Shown piece by piece: positions 12,080-26,036 of a stretch of DNA of 64,000 nucleotides. The notes under the pieces were generated by a model that was not told the origin of the DNA, made no database searches, and worked only from the letters and a program-made list of their open reading frames with translations. Every line of letters starts with the position of its first letter. Position 1 is the stretch's first letter. Source of the stretch: Phoronis australis (lineage: Eukaryota > Animalia > Phoronida); contig NMRA01000525.1 in assembly GCA_002633005.1 (NCBI GenBank), positions 193,211-257,210 on the forward strand, given 5' to 3'. Position numbers and translations under genes: made by a program.

Positions 12080-14573
12080 CTCGTCACAATCGTTTTATCC
12101 TTGATTACACCAGTTTGAGAGCACCGAATGAGTTTTGTCAATGGAAACTTTCAAATAGGAACATTTCGTAACTCACAGCGCTGTATACAAGGAGTGGAAA
12201 CTATTCCACGGCTGCGCGTCTAAATTCCAGCTACAATCCCTAACCCAGGCCACTACAGGCCTCAGTGCGGATTCGAATCTGCCACGTCCGCGGGCGCAGC
12301 ATAACATTCCGCTAGAGGGGCTAAATGTCACTTGAAACCCTGACTCCTGAAGTCGCTGGCATTGATTTGATATCAGTGAATGTCTGAGAATTGGCGATTT
12401 GTACAATCGTCACAAAAACATAACGGATTTTGTTCTTTTATATCTAGTCCAGCAACAGTCCCAGAATTCTTTTTTGAGCGATAACAACGATAATGTTTCT
12501 AACTAGGGGTGCGAGTCTGAGGGTGTATACAGTGGTCCGGCGATACTGGGATTTAAGAGTTCGTAGAGTGACAATTGATGGTTTGCATCCCAAGGTGAAT
12601 ACGCGTTTCAACTGTCGATTTTGGTTTCTTATTAGAAAGCGAAGATCACTGACATTCATTTTTACGGCCATTTTGTGGAACATCACCCTAAATTGAAAAA
12701 TTATCAAATTCCGTTTATCTTGAGAAAATTCGTTATTATACTGATATTGCGCCGTTTGGGAATAAGTCTTGACTTTGATATAGCGTTTTGAAACTAAAAA
12801 AATGCGACCAAAATGTGTTTATTGAAATAGTAGAGTTTCTGATGAAGGAAACCAACTGATTCGGTTTTAAGGGACGTGTCCACCTGAGTTTTTTTATAAG
12901 GAACAACCCATGAACAGACACCGATCCTATAACTTAAAGCAAGTGAAATTCAAAAGACATTTTTATAAGAAAATTTGAATTATGTTCCTCTTTGCAATTC
13001 AGAATTTTAAAATATTTTCTTTATGAGAACGATAAATTCTGGGAAATTGCGCTGAAGTTTAGGCTAAAAAATAGTAAAGCTAGTTCTAGTCTGATTTTTC
13101 AACATTGACTTGATCACGTGATTGAATTCTGTAAACAATTTTTAACGAAAACTTCAGTTAAAGTTAGCCTAGTTTATTAAACTATAGCGATTTTTCAACA
13201 GCTTATTTTTGTTGAGACTGTTGGAAAGCTAAATTAACGAACCCCTGGGAAAATCTTTTCTATTTATTTTCAGCACCCGGGTTGGAAGACGAGCAAGCAT
13301 TAAATTTTATTCGCACACATTAAGGTCCGAGTCCTTTCCCAAATATTTTTGCTCAAAGGTTTAGCACATGGGTGCAGTCCGCGTAGGCGAAGCAACACAC
13401 ACACAGAGCCAGTGTCCCATATGGGGCCCACATTTACAGATTCAATTTTATATGCGGTTCCTTTTCAAATTTTCAGAATATCAACTGTTTCCAAAGAAAG
13501 TTAATATTATAGCTGTTTTTTGTATTTCAATTCCACAAGTTTGTATCATTCTACGGAATATATTAAAAATATACATAAATTGCGACCTTACCGTATAACT
13601 CCGAAAATAAGACCATGCGGAACAATGCGTTTTTCTCAGCAAGATTTGTCCACTTAAATGTCCCGCATGCCTAAGTTTCCTAATAATGCCTGTGGTACTC
13701 CGAATACTGGCGCACCTTGGTTTTTTAAAAAATACTCTACCGAAAATACACCGTGTGACGTAAGTGAAATAGAAATAATGGAATAATGGTTAAATATTAA
13801 AAATTTCAGTTTTAAAACTCATAGCTTTATGTTTAATAGTCGATAAAATAACACTTAGTTTCTACTCAAATGCCCAACCTTTAGGTGCATTAGGCGCAGC
13901 CACACAATAGCGGAGTTGCAACTGAATCGATTTAACGATTGCGCATGTCCGGAAATTAGGGTGCGCAAAGGCTACTGGGATTGTTGATGGTAAACGGGAT
14001 GGCCGACTGGTTTGCACGACGTGTAATTTGTGTGCATTAAACTACGCTGCTGTGTGTAATTCTGCCGCTATTCGCCCTAATTAGCGCCCATGGCTCAACA
14101 AGTGCCCCAACGCGTTTTCAGACTTTGCTAAAGTAAGCGCCCAGCCCATGAACNGTTTCTACTCAAATGCCCAACCTTTAGGTGCATTAGGCGCAGCCAC
14201 ACAATTAGGCGCATACGCTTAATTGCGATTGTACCGTGTTCACGAGAGACCTCAAGATAATATTTTTGGCTTGTTGGAGACTGTCTCAACCTTATTTGAA
14301 ATTTCAAATACCTCCGAAAGCACTCCCAATCTCACCTCAGATACCTTAAATTAAAGTGCTTTAGCTTCGGGAATTTTGAGAGAAAACTGGATACATAGAT
14401 TATAAAGGAGCGAATTTTTGGATTATTGCTGGATAGCATAGCTTTGACCAGAACTATACTGGTATTACAAATATCTAATTTTCGCCGATGTCTACCAGAC
14501 ATTCACTGAAATAACGGCCATTGACATGTGCCACTTATTACTACTGACGCTGAACTACTCTGTCACTTATCGT

Positions 14574-14690
14574 GGTTGATTTAGCTCATCAGCAGAGCGT
14601 TTGGTAGCGAATGAGATGATTCCAGGTTAGAATCCGCGTTGGGGCTGATTTCAGAAAATCACTTTTCTCGCCGATGTTGTCACTTGAAGA
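14574..14690 (+). mobile_element. Degenerate tRNA-derived SINE (second family; relative at ~11915-12000)
   Basis: TAGCTCATCAGCAGAGCG..GGTTAGAATCC head followed by TGATTTC(A/C)GAAAATCACTTT..GCCG shared with the 11.9-kb copy. Confidence 0.45.
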
Positions 14691-16950
14691 GGCAGCTGAA
14701 TTTTAAATTTCAAATTAAAAAATGGCCATAAAGCCTCTCGAAGAAATTGGTAAGTGCAAAATTACGTTTGAAGTAAAAAATATGTAGTTAAGATGTAGTT
14801 AATATGCAGTTACGATACCCTTTGCCTCGTTTTCATAAATTTAAATTGCAAAGTAACTTTTACTGAGTCTAAAAATATTAAAATAGGAACTATTAAAAGA
14901 ATGAAGCCTTGTAAGTGTCTGTGAAATCAAAATCAATTTCAACATGAATAAATAGACCTCAGGTCGCTCAACTCCGTAATTTTGCACCATCGATAATTAG
15001 AAAATAAACTTGAAATGTAATTATTGTTGTGTTATTTACGTATATATATTCTACATTTCGTCAAGCAATTGTGTGATATCCTTCAGAGGATCTGGATCAC
15101 CTCATTTAGTTTCAGATTTACCTTCTTCATAAATTAAACTTAACAATTCTACACTAAATTTTACTCATTTTGAAAAAAAATAATATTATTTTTTGAAAAT
15201 TGACTTGCTTCTCTTTTTTGCGTGAACTTTACAGCTACTTTTCGATTCACAGTTATAACGACTCGAAGGTCAAATACGCGATAAACAATGACCGTTGACC
15301 TCGGTCGCACAGCGCTCGTATCGAAACTACATAACAATGCAGGATCGAAACTAAAAAGTCCGTTAGTTTCGATTGGCACAAGTCCACATTTCAAAGCTCT
15401 CAGATTAGATAACCTTGAAGGAAATTGAAAATTTCATTATTTCAGACGAAAAACAGTTTATCCCACCACAAAATAGGGCGCTAATAATTACTGTGCAGGC
15501 CAACCGATATTTTTTAACTTCAAATAAAAACTTGCCAAGCTCGTTTGGTCTGATTTATGCTACATCGTTAGCAGCACCACCTAAGAGCAGGTTACAATTG
15601 CGTGAACATGAAAATAGGCTGTTTTACGAAACGTGCATTCTTCAGAGATCGCAAAATCGGCTGTGTTTGCAACACTGTGTTAAGATTCGGAAACTTGCAA
15701 AAGTGAAACTCGCAATTATCTCCCCCACGAAATACGAGCTGAGCTCGAGGTCAGTTGACGCAGCAGGTTGGTGCACGCGCGTTGTGGTATAAGTGTGACA
15801 CGAGTTATCCACCAGCGAAGCCACAGTTGGTGTATTCATACCTGACCGTGGGCGTGACGTGTGTGCCCACACAGCGACACCGACGCGGAATCCTCACTCA
15901 CCATTGCGCCGGAGCATGTGCAATGCTCGACGGTGACTCACTCCTTTGCAGTTGGCCGTTTCGTAAGCTGACTCAGTTACACATCAGCTTTTCATGCAGA
16001 CAAGGCAGATGCAGTTTTACCACAAACACGCGCTCAAAGGAACAACCCTGCATTTTGTGCTCTTACCTTCATTCCGTAAAATCCAATCTGATGGTTTCGG
16101 CTCGGCGGCTGGTAGGCCTATGAAACGATCGAAAGCCCGGGATTTTCAATTACGGAAGTTCACTGCTCATGCCTGAAAAGAGTCCCCGGGACCATAGATT
16201 ATAGACAACAGATTCGCAACTCCGGCATATTCTTACGAGCTGAGTTGACCTCTAATGACCTATCTGCTGCAGTTTCCGGTCAGTTTTAATTTGACGCGAA
16301 ATACCTGCATCTACTTTACTGTCCAAAACAGCGAAAAAAACATTAATTTATATTAATTTCGGTATTGAAACGCTTTTCAAAGTCTTTCAATAGTAGAAGT
16401 GTTGGTATTGTGAGTACTTTTGGCAATGCTACTGGTAATTAATTTCAAAATTCAAACTTCGGTTCCGACCCTTTATGTCGTCTGCTTGCCCAATAGCAGC
16501 ATAGTTATCGGACAGTTTTTGATTTACGGTTCACATAGGCCTACTGAGAAAACTANTTGAAAGTAAACGGAGTTGGCGGTCCATGTACTATAGTCTATGC
16601 CGGGACGCAGCGGCATGATAGAGTATCGGTCTAATTTGGTCAATGAGGACCAGGAAACTTGATGCCGAAGCTTTCGGTGGAGTACCCCGGCACTAAAATT
16701 TTGATGGCCACAGAGCACCCGACCGAGCGATAACGCATTGAGCTTTGAGAGCCGTTCAGTATGATGCTCTGGCCGGGTGAAGCACTATACTGGTCGATTG
16801 GAAATCCCGGCCAACAAGAGCCCAAGCTAGTGTGATGGGCGTGCTTTCGACTGGAAATATGCCGACGAACTTGGGAATTCCGCTGATGAATGGTCTAACG
16901 GTGTAAATTTTCAGGGACGGCAACGATTCCGTTCGTCCCGCATCACTAGT

Positions 16951-17256
16951 AATGCGCGCACCCAGGGGGGGGGGGGGGGGNGGGGGGTTCGGCGAATGAG
17001 CCCCCCATTTGGCGAGGTGGAGAAAAAGGTCCGCCTCAGAGTAACAAAAAGTCAGAAAAAAGGAGACAAAAAGTCCACTGAAAAGGTGCAAACGCACGAT
17101 TCACAGCTTTGGACGCCGGTGGTACCCCGTTTATTTTTTTTTATTTTTTTAGCCATTCATTTTTTTATTTTTTTAGTCCTTCGGGTTTTTTGTCGGTAAA
17201 AGGTCCACATCGTCGGAAATTCGAGCCCCCCATATTAAGGGCAGGGTGCGCGCGTG
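16951..17256. mobile_element. Small hAT-like MITE with 5-bp CTAGT duplication
   Basis: GCGCGCACCC(AGGGGG) / GGGTGCGCGCGTG inverted ends, CTAGT on both flanks; assembly N at 16981. Confidence 0.5.
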
Positions 17257-17351
17257 CTAGTGGGGGCGCACACAGTTCTACTGAATTAGCTCTTTGTGGC
17301 TAATGAAAAAGGAGTTTGTCGGGATTAACCATTACTTCTTTGCAAGACTAT

Positions 17352-17395
<44 letters not shown>

Positions 17396-20300
17396 GTGCC
17401 GCTAGTGCTGGTGGATTGCATAACAAATGCCCTATGCCTGGGCTTCAGTGACTATTCACTGAGCTCTGACGAGACTCGGGGGTGGCCCGGCCGGATGTGT
17501 CTCTCGGGTTTGTGTCTTTTTTTGGCTAATATTAAGAGGTTCGCTACGACGTGGAAATGCCGAAATCGCTGTCACTCGTGACCTAAAACGATGGCGGGTT
17601 TTGTCATGTTGACCGGAGAAGTGAGTTTTTAGAGGATCATTTCCTTGGCTTTAGTGTGAGAAGACACCCAGAAAAACGGTATTTTCTGGTTTACATTTTC
17701 GATAATGAGTAATATGGGAATAGAGACCCGGTCTTGTCCGCACGTGGCAGTGACGACATTGTTTTCCATAAACTTATTGCAGTTTCTTCCTAGAAACGTT
17801 GAGTAGTTTATTGTCCAAACCAATCCTATTTACATGTCTTCCTTATTCCGTGTACTGGTACAGTCTTTTAGTTTCGCACATTACGTTGGTCAAAAGAAAT
17901 AAATATTTTGACTGTATTCTTGACTTTGCCGAAGTAAATCGAAAATGAGCTGGTTCAACCTACTTTTGCTATTATCTCATTTGTCTCCCGACAGAGGTGC
18001 GATTTAACTTATTTTATTAAGGAAAAAGTAAAATGATTTTAATTGAACTAGTGAACACGAAACTATAGTTCAATGGCAAAATCCCCAAATTGAAATTAGC
18101 CAAAATTTGCCAGAAAATAACCAATTATCTTCATCAAAAAACAAATAAAAGCGGTGTCGCTCGTAGGCACCAAGAATAAAACCAACCGGACGAGCGAAGA
18201 GTTAGACACTACTTCAGTGAGGGGTGCGTTATTTCCTTACTCAATTATGACCATTCAATCGTAATAACTAACAAAAGAATCATCTAACCACTCACTAAAG
18301 CGTGTGTTTGCTGAACACATTTGATTCTATTGTAACTACTTAGGACACGCCTGAAAATAAGCCATTCTCTTTCCTCTATTGAGAACTCTGCATAGCTCAA
18401 AGCACCTAGGGCGTTTGTACTCTCATTGAATGTTTTGTAGCCCCTACTATAAAACTATAAAGCAAACACGTAGTATCAGGGCAAGGCCCCAGTGACGTTA
18501 AACTTATGACGAAGATACGATGAGGGAAGGGTCAATTATCAGTTTCAGACCAGAATTCACACCTATTTTGATTAAGGAGCAAATTATCTTAAATAAAACG
18601 TGTCAGAAAGCATAATGTGGCTTTTAAGTGATGAAAAACAAATCATACACAAAGTACTCAAAATAGATCTGTACGGAATCTTCATAAGCCAACATCGATT
18701 CATTCTGCGCCACTGTATGGACCGTCGTCGCACTGAACCGGTGATATTCCCAGTGCATGACTTTGGTCAAAAAATGCAATAGTACAAGATGAGAGGTCTC
18801 ATTCCTTTACATAATGTTGAGCAAATATTGCCACGACTCCAGTCTACGCAATTAGTGTCCACCAAAAATCGACAACTTCCTGTGCGACTTGCCGCATATT
18901 CTTTCTAAAATATGCTGCGTTGTTTTAAAGTTTTACGACGTGAGTCTCGTACCCAAAACCGTAATTATTACCGGTATAATGGGAATTTCTGACAGGAAGT
19001 TCCAAGCTGTATATCAGATTCGGTAATCGATGCATTTTTACCTTTCAAGTACCCCAAATATAAGACCCGGAATATGAACGAAAAACGTGCCACTGAAATC
19101 GACATGTAAATAATGGTGATTCTTCCAAACAATTCTTTTCTCATAAAATGTAATTTTCTAATCTTCAGAACTCAGTTCTTTTCTCATAAACCGCATTTCC
19201 ACGTCGGAAAGAAGGAATGTGCTTGCATGGGGGCTGGGGAGGGGCGAAAGCGCCTCCATTTTTTCAGTGTCTCACCGCCCATGGTCTATGGACGGTGCAC
19301 CACAGGGGGGCTGCGGGGCTATAGCCCCATTTTTTTCAATGCTGTTGGTACATATGACATTTCCCTGTAGTTTGCAGCTGGAAACATATGTGCACGCAAA
19401 GTTCGCCATTCGTGGTTACATTTTTATGAAATTTTAACACTTGTCGCAGTTTTTATACTTTGATGAAAAGCTGTTTTCGATATCATATGGAATCATTCCT
19501 GCCAAACTTGCGTCGTGTTCAAACTCAAAATTACTTGATGACAAGTCCGGACTGCTAACGACGAATCCACCAGAATGCTTAGCACACTCAGGTCCCCATA
19601 CCGTGCATACGCTTGTCTAAAACCGGACAACTTGGGAACTTCTGTACAAAAAGCATCAAATGACCTACTCGAGTCCACGGTTACGAGTTGAGCATTCACA
19701 GCGCGTGCCAGTAAGGAAGCAGAGTAAACATGGCGATTTTTTTACATTGCCTTCCGCCAATAAAATATGCAGATTTTTCCACGGTCAGCAATTACTAACT
19801 TCAGGCCCTACCTTGAACTGTAGTTCTTCCGTGTTAAACAATTTCTCTTCCCATTCCCAGAGGAGTCATTCATTTCCACGAACCAAAGTGGTTAAGTCAG
19901 AAGAAACGTTCAATCTATATTCCGCGACGTAACGCTTGGCTTAGGCCCACTGTCAGATACATATCCAAATAATTACATAATTGGGCCATGGCGGGAAATT
20001 ATTATCTATTCATAAAATGAAACTGAAGTTCGGATTCAGCGAGCTTCCTCAAAAACAGTGTTACAGTTTTCTAGATTTTCGTTTCGTTTTCGTTTTATGA
20101 CACTTTTTATTTTTTCCATAAAAATCAAAAATTTAAAGTTCTATTTTTGATAGTCTCTCATACAAAAGTGGAAGCTTTGAAAATCAATTTTTAGCACACC
20201 TTTTAAGAACAGTGCTTAAAGTATTATAAGTGGTCAACCACTTTAGAGATAGGATTTTCCAAAATTTTCCAGTGTAACCAATTTTCGAGGGTTCGATGGA

Positions 20301-22545
20301 ACCATGAATACATGGGCGGCAGGCCTAGCTAGCTCGTGATCATCACTCAAGCAGATACTTTTTGGGTACGGACGTCTTTTATTTTCATAACGTGTGTGAA
20401 AGAAAAGAAACTGAGCGGTCGAATGTCACTTGCAAATTATTCTGACGTATTGAAAAGCGTCCAGGCATCGTTTGAGTATAGGTAGGCCTACACGAAACTG
20501 GCGGCGAGTGGAAGACAACAAAAAGAGGGAGTGGCGATCCTGATACAGTAATTTTCATTAGGGCCCGGGTTCTCATCTTTTTACTTGAAATGGAACTCGA
20601 AATTATGTTTGTCATTTTCTATTTTACTTTTGTGCGAACTCAAGATAAGTGCTCGAGAACGTGTTACGTGGATAATTTATTAGTCCTAGTTTGCAGTTGA
20701 TAAACCCAACATTTAGGCTAAATGTTCTAGTTTGAACTCGAAATTTCGAGTTTTTACTCGAATTTGTAGCACGAATATAAGGATCATCACGTTTAAACTT
20801 GGATTATAAACACATTATACGTAAACTATAATTATTCGAACACAGTCTAACAACCACTTATCTTGAGTTCGCACAAAAGTTGCAGAGAAATTGCCAAAAA
20901 TAATTTCGAGTTCGTTTCTAGAACACAGATTAGATTCAAGGCAAAGGACTGCCCAGGGACGCGTAAGTTGGATTTTGAAATCAAGACCACGCTTCCCATT
21001 CCGTTGGAAGATAAACAAATCCTCGGGATCCAAAATTTATTATTATAAGTTGCACACAGGGTTACTACTTCGCCTGCCAGGAGATTCTCTATACCCGGGG
21101 GATGGTCTTGTTTATCGTCAAAAATGAAGCTATCAGCAAGAACTGAAAAGGTCAATCGCGGTTTTTAGTTTCGGTTGATAATCGCTGTTGAATTTATAAA
21201 ACAGCTAAATACCACAGACATGTTTTATCGCTTTAAAACATGATAGACCTACACAGATGTGCTGCTAATAGGTATACATGTAGGAGAGGCATATTTGACA
21301 GGCTTGTTCCAAATTTTGTTTATAAGCGAAGTGGAAGAACGTTGCGTGGAAAATTGAATTATGGTGTATCCCGCGAAGAATATTAGCACCTCGTTTTCGT
21401 TATGTATCAGACGATTAAACTGAAGAGTGAATAAAATTTTTCACTGGCAGGGGAGCTAAACAAAATTGCTTAACTGAACCAAATTATTGATACTGCCTCG
21501 GGCCGTCCAACGGGAAGTTTATTAAAAAGACACTACAGATATCCATCAGTCTTTCAGAAAATGTACACTACTGTACAACGCGAGACTCTATTGATTTTTT
21601 GTGATATCAGCACCAAGGTATTTCATCGAAATTGGAACCCCGGTGTAAAACAGATAAATAATAAACAATGACACTCAAAAGTCCAAATAATATTTTTGTT
21701 TTTCATTTTTGAAAATAGTCTTGCAGAAACTGTTGAATAATCTGAAATTAACTAAATATTGATCGAGATAACCAATGAGATAAATATATATAGCTCGTTG
21801 GAGATCAGGTGGTTGAAGATAACAACGTGTTGAGAGTATAGATTATGTTGAAATTCGCCCACAGAAAAGTTAGACGAATTTTACCGTTGAAAATCAAATA
21901 ACTAAGTCGACGTAATATGTTACGTTTTGTTCATTGATAATTTTAACAAAGAAATACAGAAAACAACCGGAAAGTTCTAGAACATACTTTAAGTTTGAGG
22001 CTACTTACATTGCCTCAGGAAATTTGAAAAATTGTCCGTGTTTCGTGTCCATTCCCCGGGATTCCTGTTTTAAAGGTCAGAGTTCGTGTTTTAAACGTCG
22101 AGGTATGTGTTTTTCGGGCTGGTTGCTTTTTTGAAGGTGTGGGAGTCTGTTTTCGACTTAGGGATATCTATTTTACTCCTGGATTCCAATTCCGATGGAA
22201 TACCGTGAGCATGTTTTCTAAAATATCTCCGTGTTCTTTGGTATACGACCCCAGCATGACTTCCGTTATACTGTGGCTAAACAGGAATTACCATACTAGT
22301 GTTTTAAAAGTCATCAACAGCGGCAGTAGAACTCGACGGGACTAGCAGGGACCAAACCTGTGAGTTCGCTACCAGTTTGATAAGAAACGACGGCCAGGTG
22401 CGATTTTACTTTTGTGTAAGCGTAAAATGTGTCAGATTGTGCTGACAGAACTCCTCAAGTATCCGTTTCATTTGTGGTGAAATCGCTCGGGTGAGGCCGG
22501 CCTTCGACTTTTCACTGATAAGTCTATTCAAATATCTGAGAACCT

Positions 22546-22698
22546 GGCGCGCGTTCAGTAACGCTAGGACCTACGCTAGGACCTAGCTAAAATCTAGCCA
22601 AAGTCACGTTATCACATTTAAAATACACAGCAATATATCACGTAATCTCGCGAAGTCTTGGTTTTTAGCTAGGTCCTAGCGTTACTGAACCGGAGGCT
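22546..22698. mobile_element. Short MITE/foldback
   Basis: GTTCAGTAACGCTAGGACCTA..GCTAAAA inverted as TTTTAGCTAGGTCCTAGCGTTACTGAAC. Confidence 0.55.
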
Positions 22699-25600
22699 GC
22701 GTTCACAAACATCTAGTTAACGACGCGTTTTACATAAAGTGCTGTCTTTAAACAGGTATGCATGTAAAAATTTTCGCGACACGAGTCCTAAAATTTCATT
22801 TGAAATAAATGGTTCTTCCACGAGAGTTTTTCGGAGCTTTTTTTTTTTTGACAAAATTTTACTTAAGATTCCGCAAAAAAGTACGCAAAAAGATCAGCAT
22901 GAATTGGCCTAAAGAGACCCCAGGATACTCGGAATACGTTTTGGTCTCGAGTCCGCGTGTCTGATTCAAATTTTACAACAAATATTAACGTACCTTTCTA
23001 TCACTTAGAAGTGGTACTTTAACACCTACCGTAGATACGGAATTCACGCGCTACCGAGCTTTGCCGTGACTCTGGAAAAATCCACAGCAGAGCTCTTTCG
23101 AAGAAACTCGAAACGCACGAAGCTGAATGTATATACCAATCTATCATCTCATATCGTTCGGTTGATAACTTTCTCCTAAGCTCATTTTCTGCATTAGAGC
23201 AAAGGCCTGTATGGTCACTCCTTCATTGGCAAGTGTTTAACGCTGTGAAAAGTCTTGCCATTTCTCAGAACCAGCACGATAAGAGTGTAAAAGAAATTAA
23301 AAAGTTTCTATGAAAACGCCACCAATTCGTGGAAGTTTGGTCCCGTGGCGCAATCCGTCTATAAGTACTTAAAGTCCTTCTCTCAAACTGCCCATGTGGT
23401 TCCAGTACACCCTTTCTTTATATTCTTTTCGCCTTTCTTGCCAAAAGCGATTTTTAACAGTATTTGACCCTTCTCTCTGAGCGTATGATTACCGGATGTC
23501 ATCGGTTATTTCCGTACCCACATTTCCGGCTCATCAGTTCAGGAACTTGTCCTGAACGCCGCCATTTTTTCCTTGTAACTGAATGTGCTATGGCTTGCTC
23601 GAAAAGTCTTCATTATTTGGATTTATTAGTAATATATCGTGATTCGTTTACATATGTAGTGTATTTATAGTTTGTAGTTAGTGGTCGTTGATTTTTTTTT
23701 GGAATTTTACGCTTACTTAGTATGTTAAAATAGCATTGGTGTTTAGTTCCTTACGTAGGCCGGTCGAACCTAGGAACCAATACGGGTCGAACCAATTTTT
23801 TTTTCGGTTTTATTTTTTTCCTCGTTTTGAAAAAGTAGCTTGCTATCATCGGGAAGGTAGTACATTCTACTCAGTAAAAATCGAAAAAGTATCAAAATCG
23901 GGGCAAGCACTGTAAAGTTATTGCACGTTTTGTGGCGAAATTCGGGTCACTTTGTTTGGTTCGCGTCGGCCATATTGGAGGACAGCGGGATGAGTTACGA
24001 GTTTAAAACTTTGTGTAAATTGTTTTCGCCAACAAGTTACGGTGAAATTTAGTTAGACACATCTTTACTTACTATTCTGCACGATTTAATAGTGTTCACC
24101 AAATTTCAGCCTCGCAGTTGTTACTCATTAAGTGATAAATGTGCTCACAATTCCCGGTGGATTTTCTCATTTCTGGCGGCACCGACAACATGGCGACTTT
24201 TGCTGAACTGAAAGGCATATTCAATCGGCTACTTTGTAATTTTTTGAAGAATTAACGTTTATACATTTTGACAAACGTTGCTACAAAAAAGAAACTTTGT
24301 TCAATTTTCGTGTTTTTGTGCAAAAATAGAAGATATATTCGAATTATTTCAGGTTATCAAGTCAATATGAATAATCTTAATTTGAGGAGAAATAAGCTGT
24401 GTTGGATTGTGAAGCTTCAAGCCTCTAATTCTTGTTCCTTGCAACTTCATATTTTTTAAATGATGCTTGTCAAATTCTGATGTAAGGAAACACTATTCCG
24501 TCACCATGGTAATAGTTACATGTATGTCCATACATAAGAGCGCAATTGCAGAAGGAATTGTCATGGAAACTAATGTACTATGAAACGATATACATTAGTT
24601 TCCATGACAATTCCTTCTGTAATTGCGCTCTTATGTATGCAACCTTATATTCGTGTTTAATGTCATTGTTCTTGTTTCATGTATCTTACACGATAGCGTT
24701 TATGATATTTAAATTTATTTGCCTTTGATGACTGATGTATAGTCGAAGTACCGCTACTGTTTTATTATGAAATGTTTTGTACAGAGTTTTATTATATATT
24801 TACTCATATATATGTGTTCGTGATGCCACTTACACTGGGCGATCTATTATATCAACTACCATCAGATGAAAGACACTTGTGTAGACAATAGGAAAGTTTG
24901 TTGTACAAACTAATTAATCTTTATAGATTTTCGATCTACCGCCAAAATCAGAGGAACCTTTTGTAGGGTATTGTAGGGATTTGAATCAGAAAAGGTGCCC
25001 ATTCGTTGAAAACAGATCGTAAAAAAGTAATTTTCTGAGCGGCACGTGTCTCGTACAACACATCTCTGCCGCAGGGGTACCTCACGGGAGGTATCTTAAT
25101 CGGTCTCCCGCCCTGACACTTGAGAGCCTTCTTTTTGGCAGGGGGCGAACTTCTGGTAAATTTGATACCCACCTTACAGAGCCAGCACCAGATACCAACA
25201 CTGCAGAGAGACAAAGCACGATTAAAAGGGACCCATCATAGCAAGCAGGAAAAGTTACCTTTAATTTCATAGAGGTTATTCGGCACGTCTTTAATTTTGA
25301 CAGCTCATAAAATCCATGCCCGTAACCAGCAATTGCGACAGGCAGGTGTCTTGTTAGCGGACCCTTTGCTTGCCGTTCGGCCGCCAAACCCCGGACACCG
25401 CCAATTTTTCACTCCTCGGGTTGTCAACCATCGATTCACGTTACACGTTCTTCAGACTCAGTCGGGCCTGAACTGCGCAAAACAGGTTCCTCGATTGGAC
25501 CTCTGCTGCTGATAGGTGTGTTGGCACTCGGCGCGAGACCCCCGGCAACCATTAAGAAAAACTGTTGACTTAGGCGCTCTCTTATTAACGAAACAGAACT

Positions 25601-26030
25601 AAATAAAATACAACTCATGCCACAAGCCGTGAAAAATTCAACCCATTTTGGTGAGGTACCAAATAATGCGACTGCACTGCGCATGAACACAGGGTGTACC
25701 AAGGCAGTGGACAGCATCCATCCAAACTCTCACTAAAATGGAGGTAGGCCCCTATTAGCCTCCTATATGTTTCAAACATTGGAATGGATGAGGCCCATTT
25801 TCTAGGTGAATGTCTACGAATGTATCTGCAGCGCATTATATGGCGATACTATGAGTGACCAAAGTCTCGGGACCTGTCCATTATTTTGCTTTTAATGGCA
25901 CTTGCACTTTGGAACTTTTTATTGGAATCTTAAAATTCGAAATTTCTGGTCAATAACATACTGCCACCTTCACATCTAAGAACAGCCGGTAACAAAGATG
26001 GTGAATACCAAAGATGGGTCTTCATCATGA

Positions 26031-26036
26031 TTTATT
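26031..26036 (-). terminator. Candidate polyadenylation signal of ZIP gene (3'UTR ~2.6 kb)
   Basis: AATAAA on the minus strand, retained at the homologous position 56447-56452 in the duplicated copy. Confidence 0.4.

Noticed and set aside
13858-14206. Exact ~50-bp direct repeat either side of N at 14154 (likewise 53613-53775 around N 53692)
   Set aside because: Starts exactly at an N join; most likely a scaffolding overlap artifact.
25615-25836. Shared peptide FETY.R.IGAYLHFSES in ORFs 25615..25836 and 56109..56399
   Set aside because: Reflects nucleotide similarity of the segmental duplicate; frames diverge on both sides and no protein family is recognisable.
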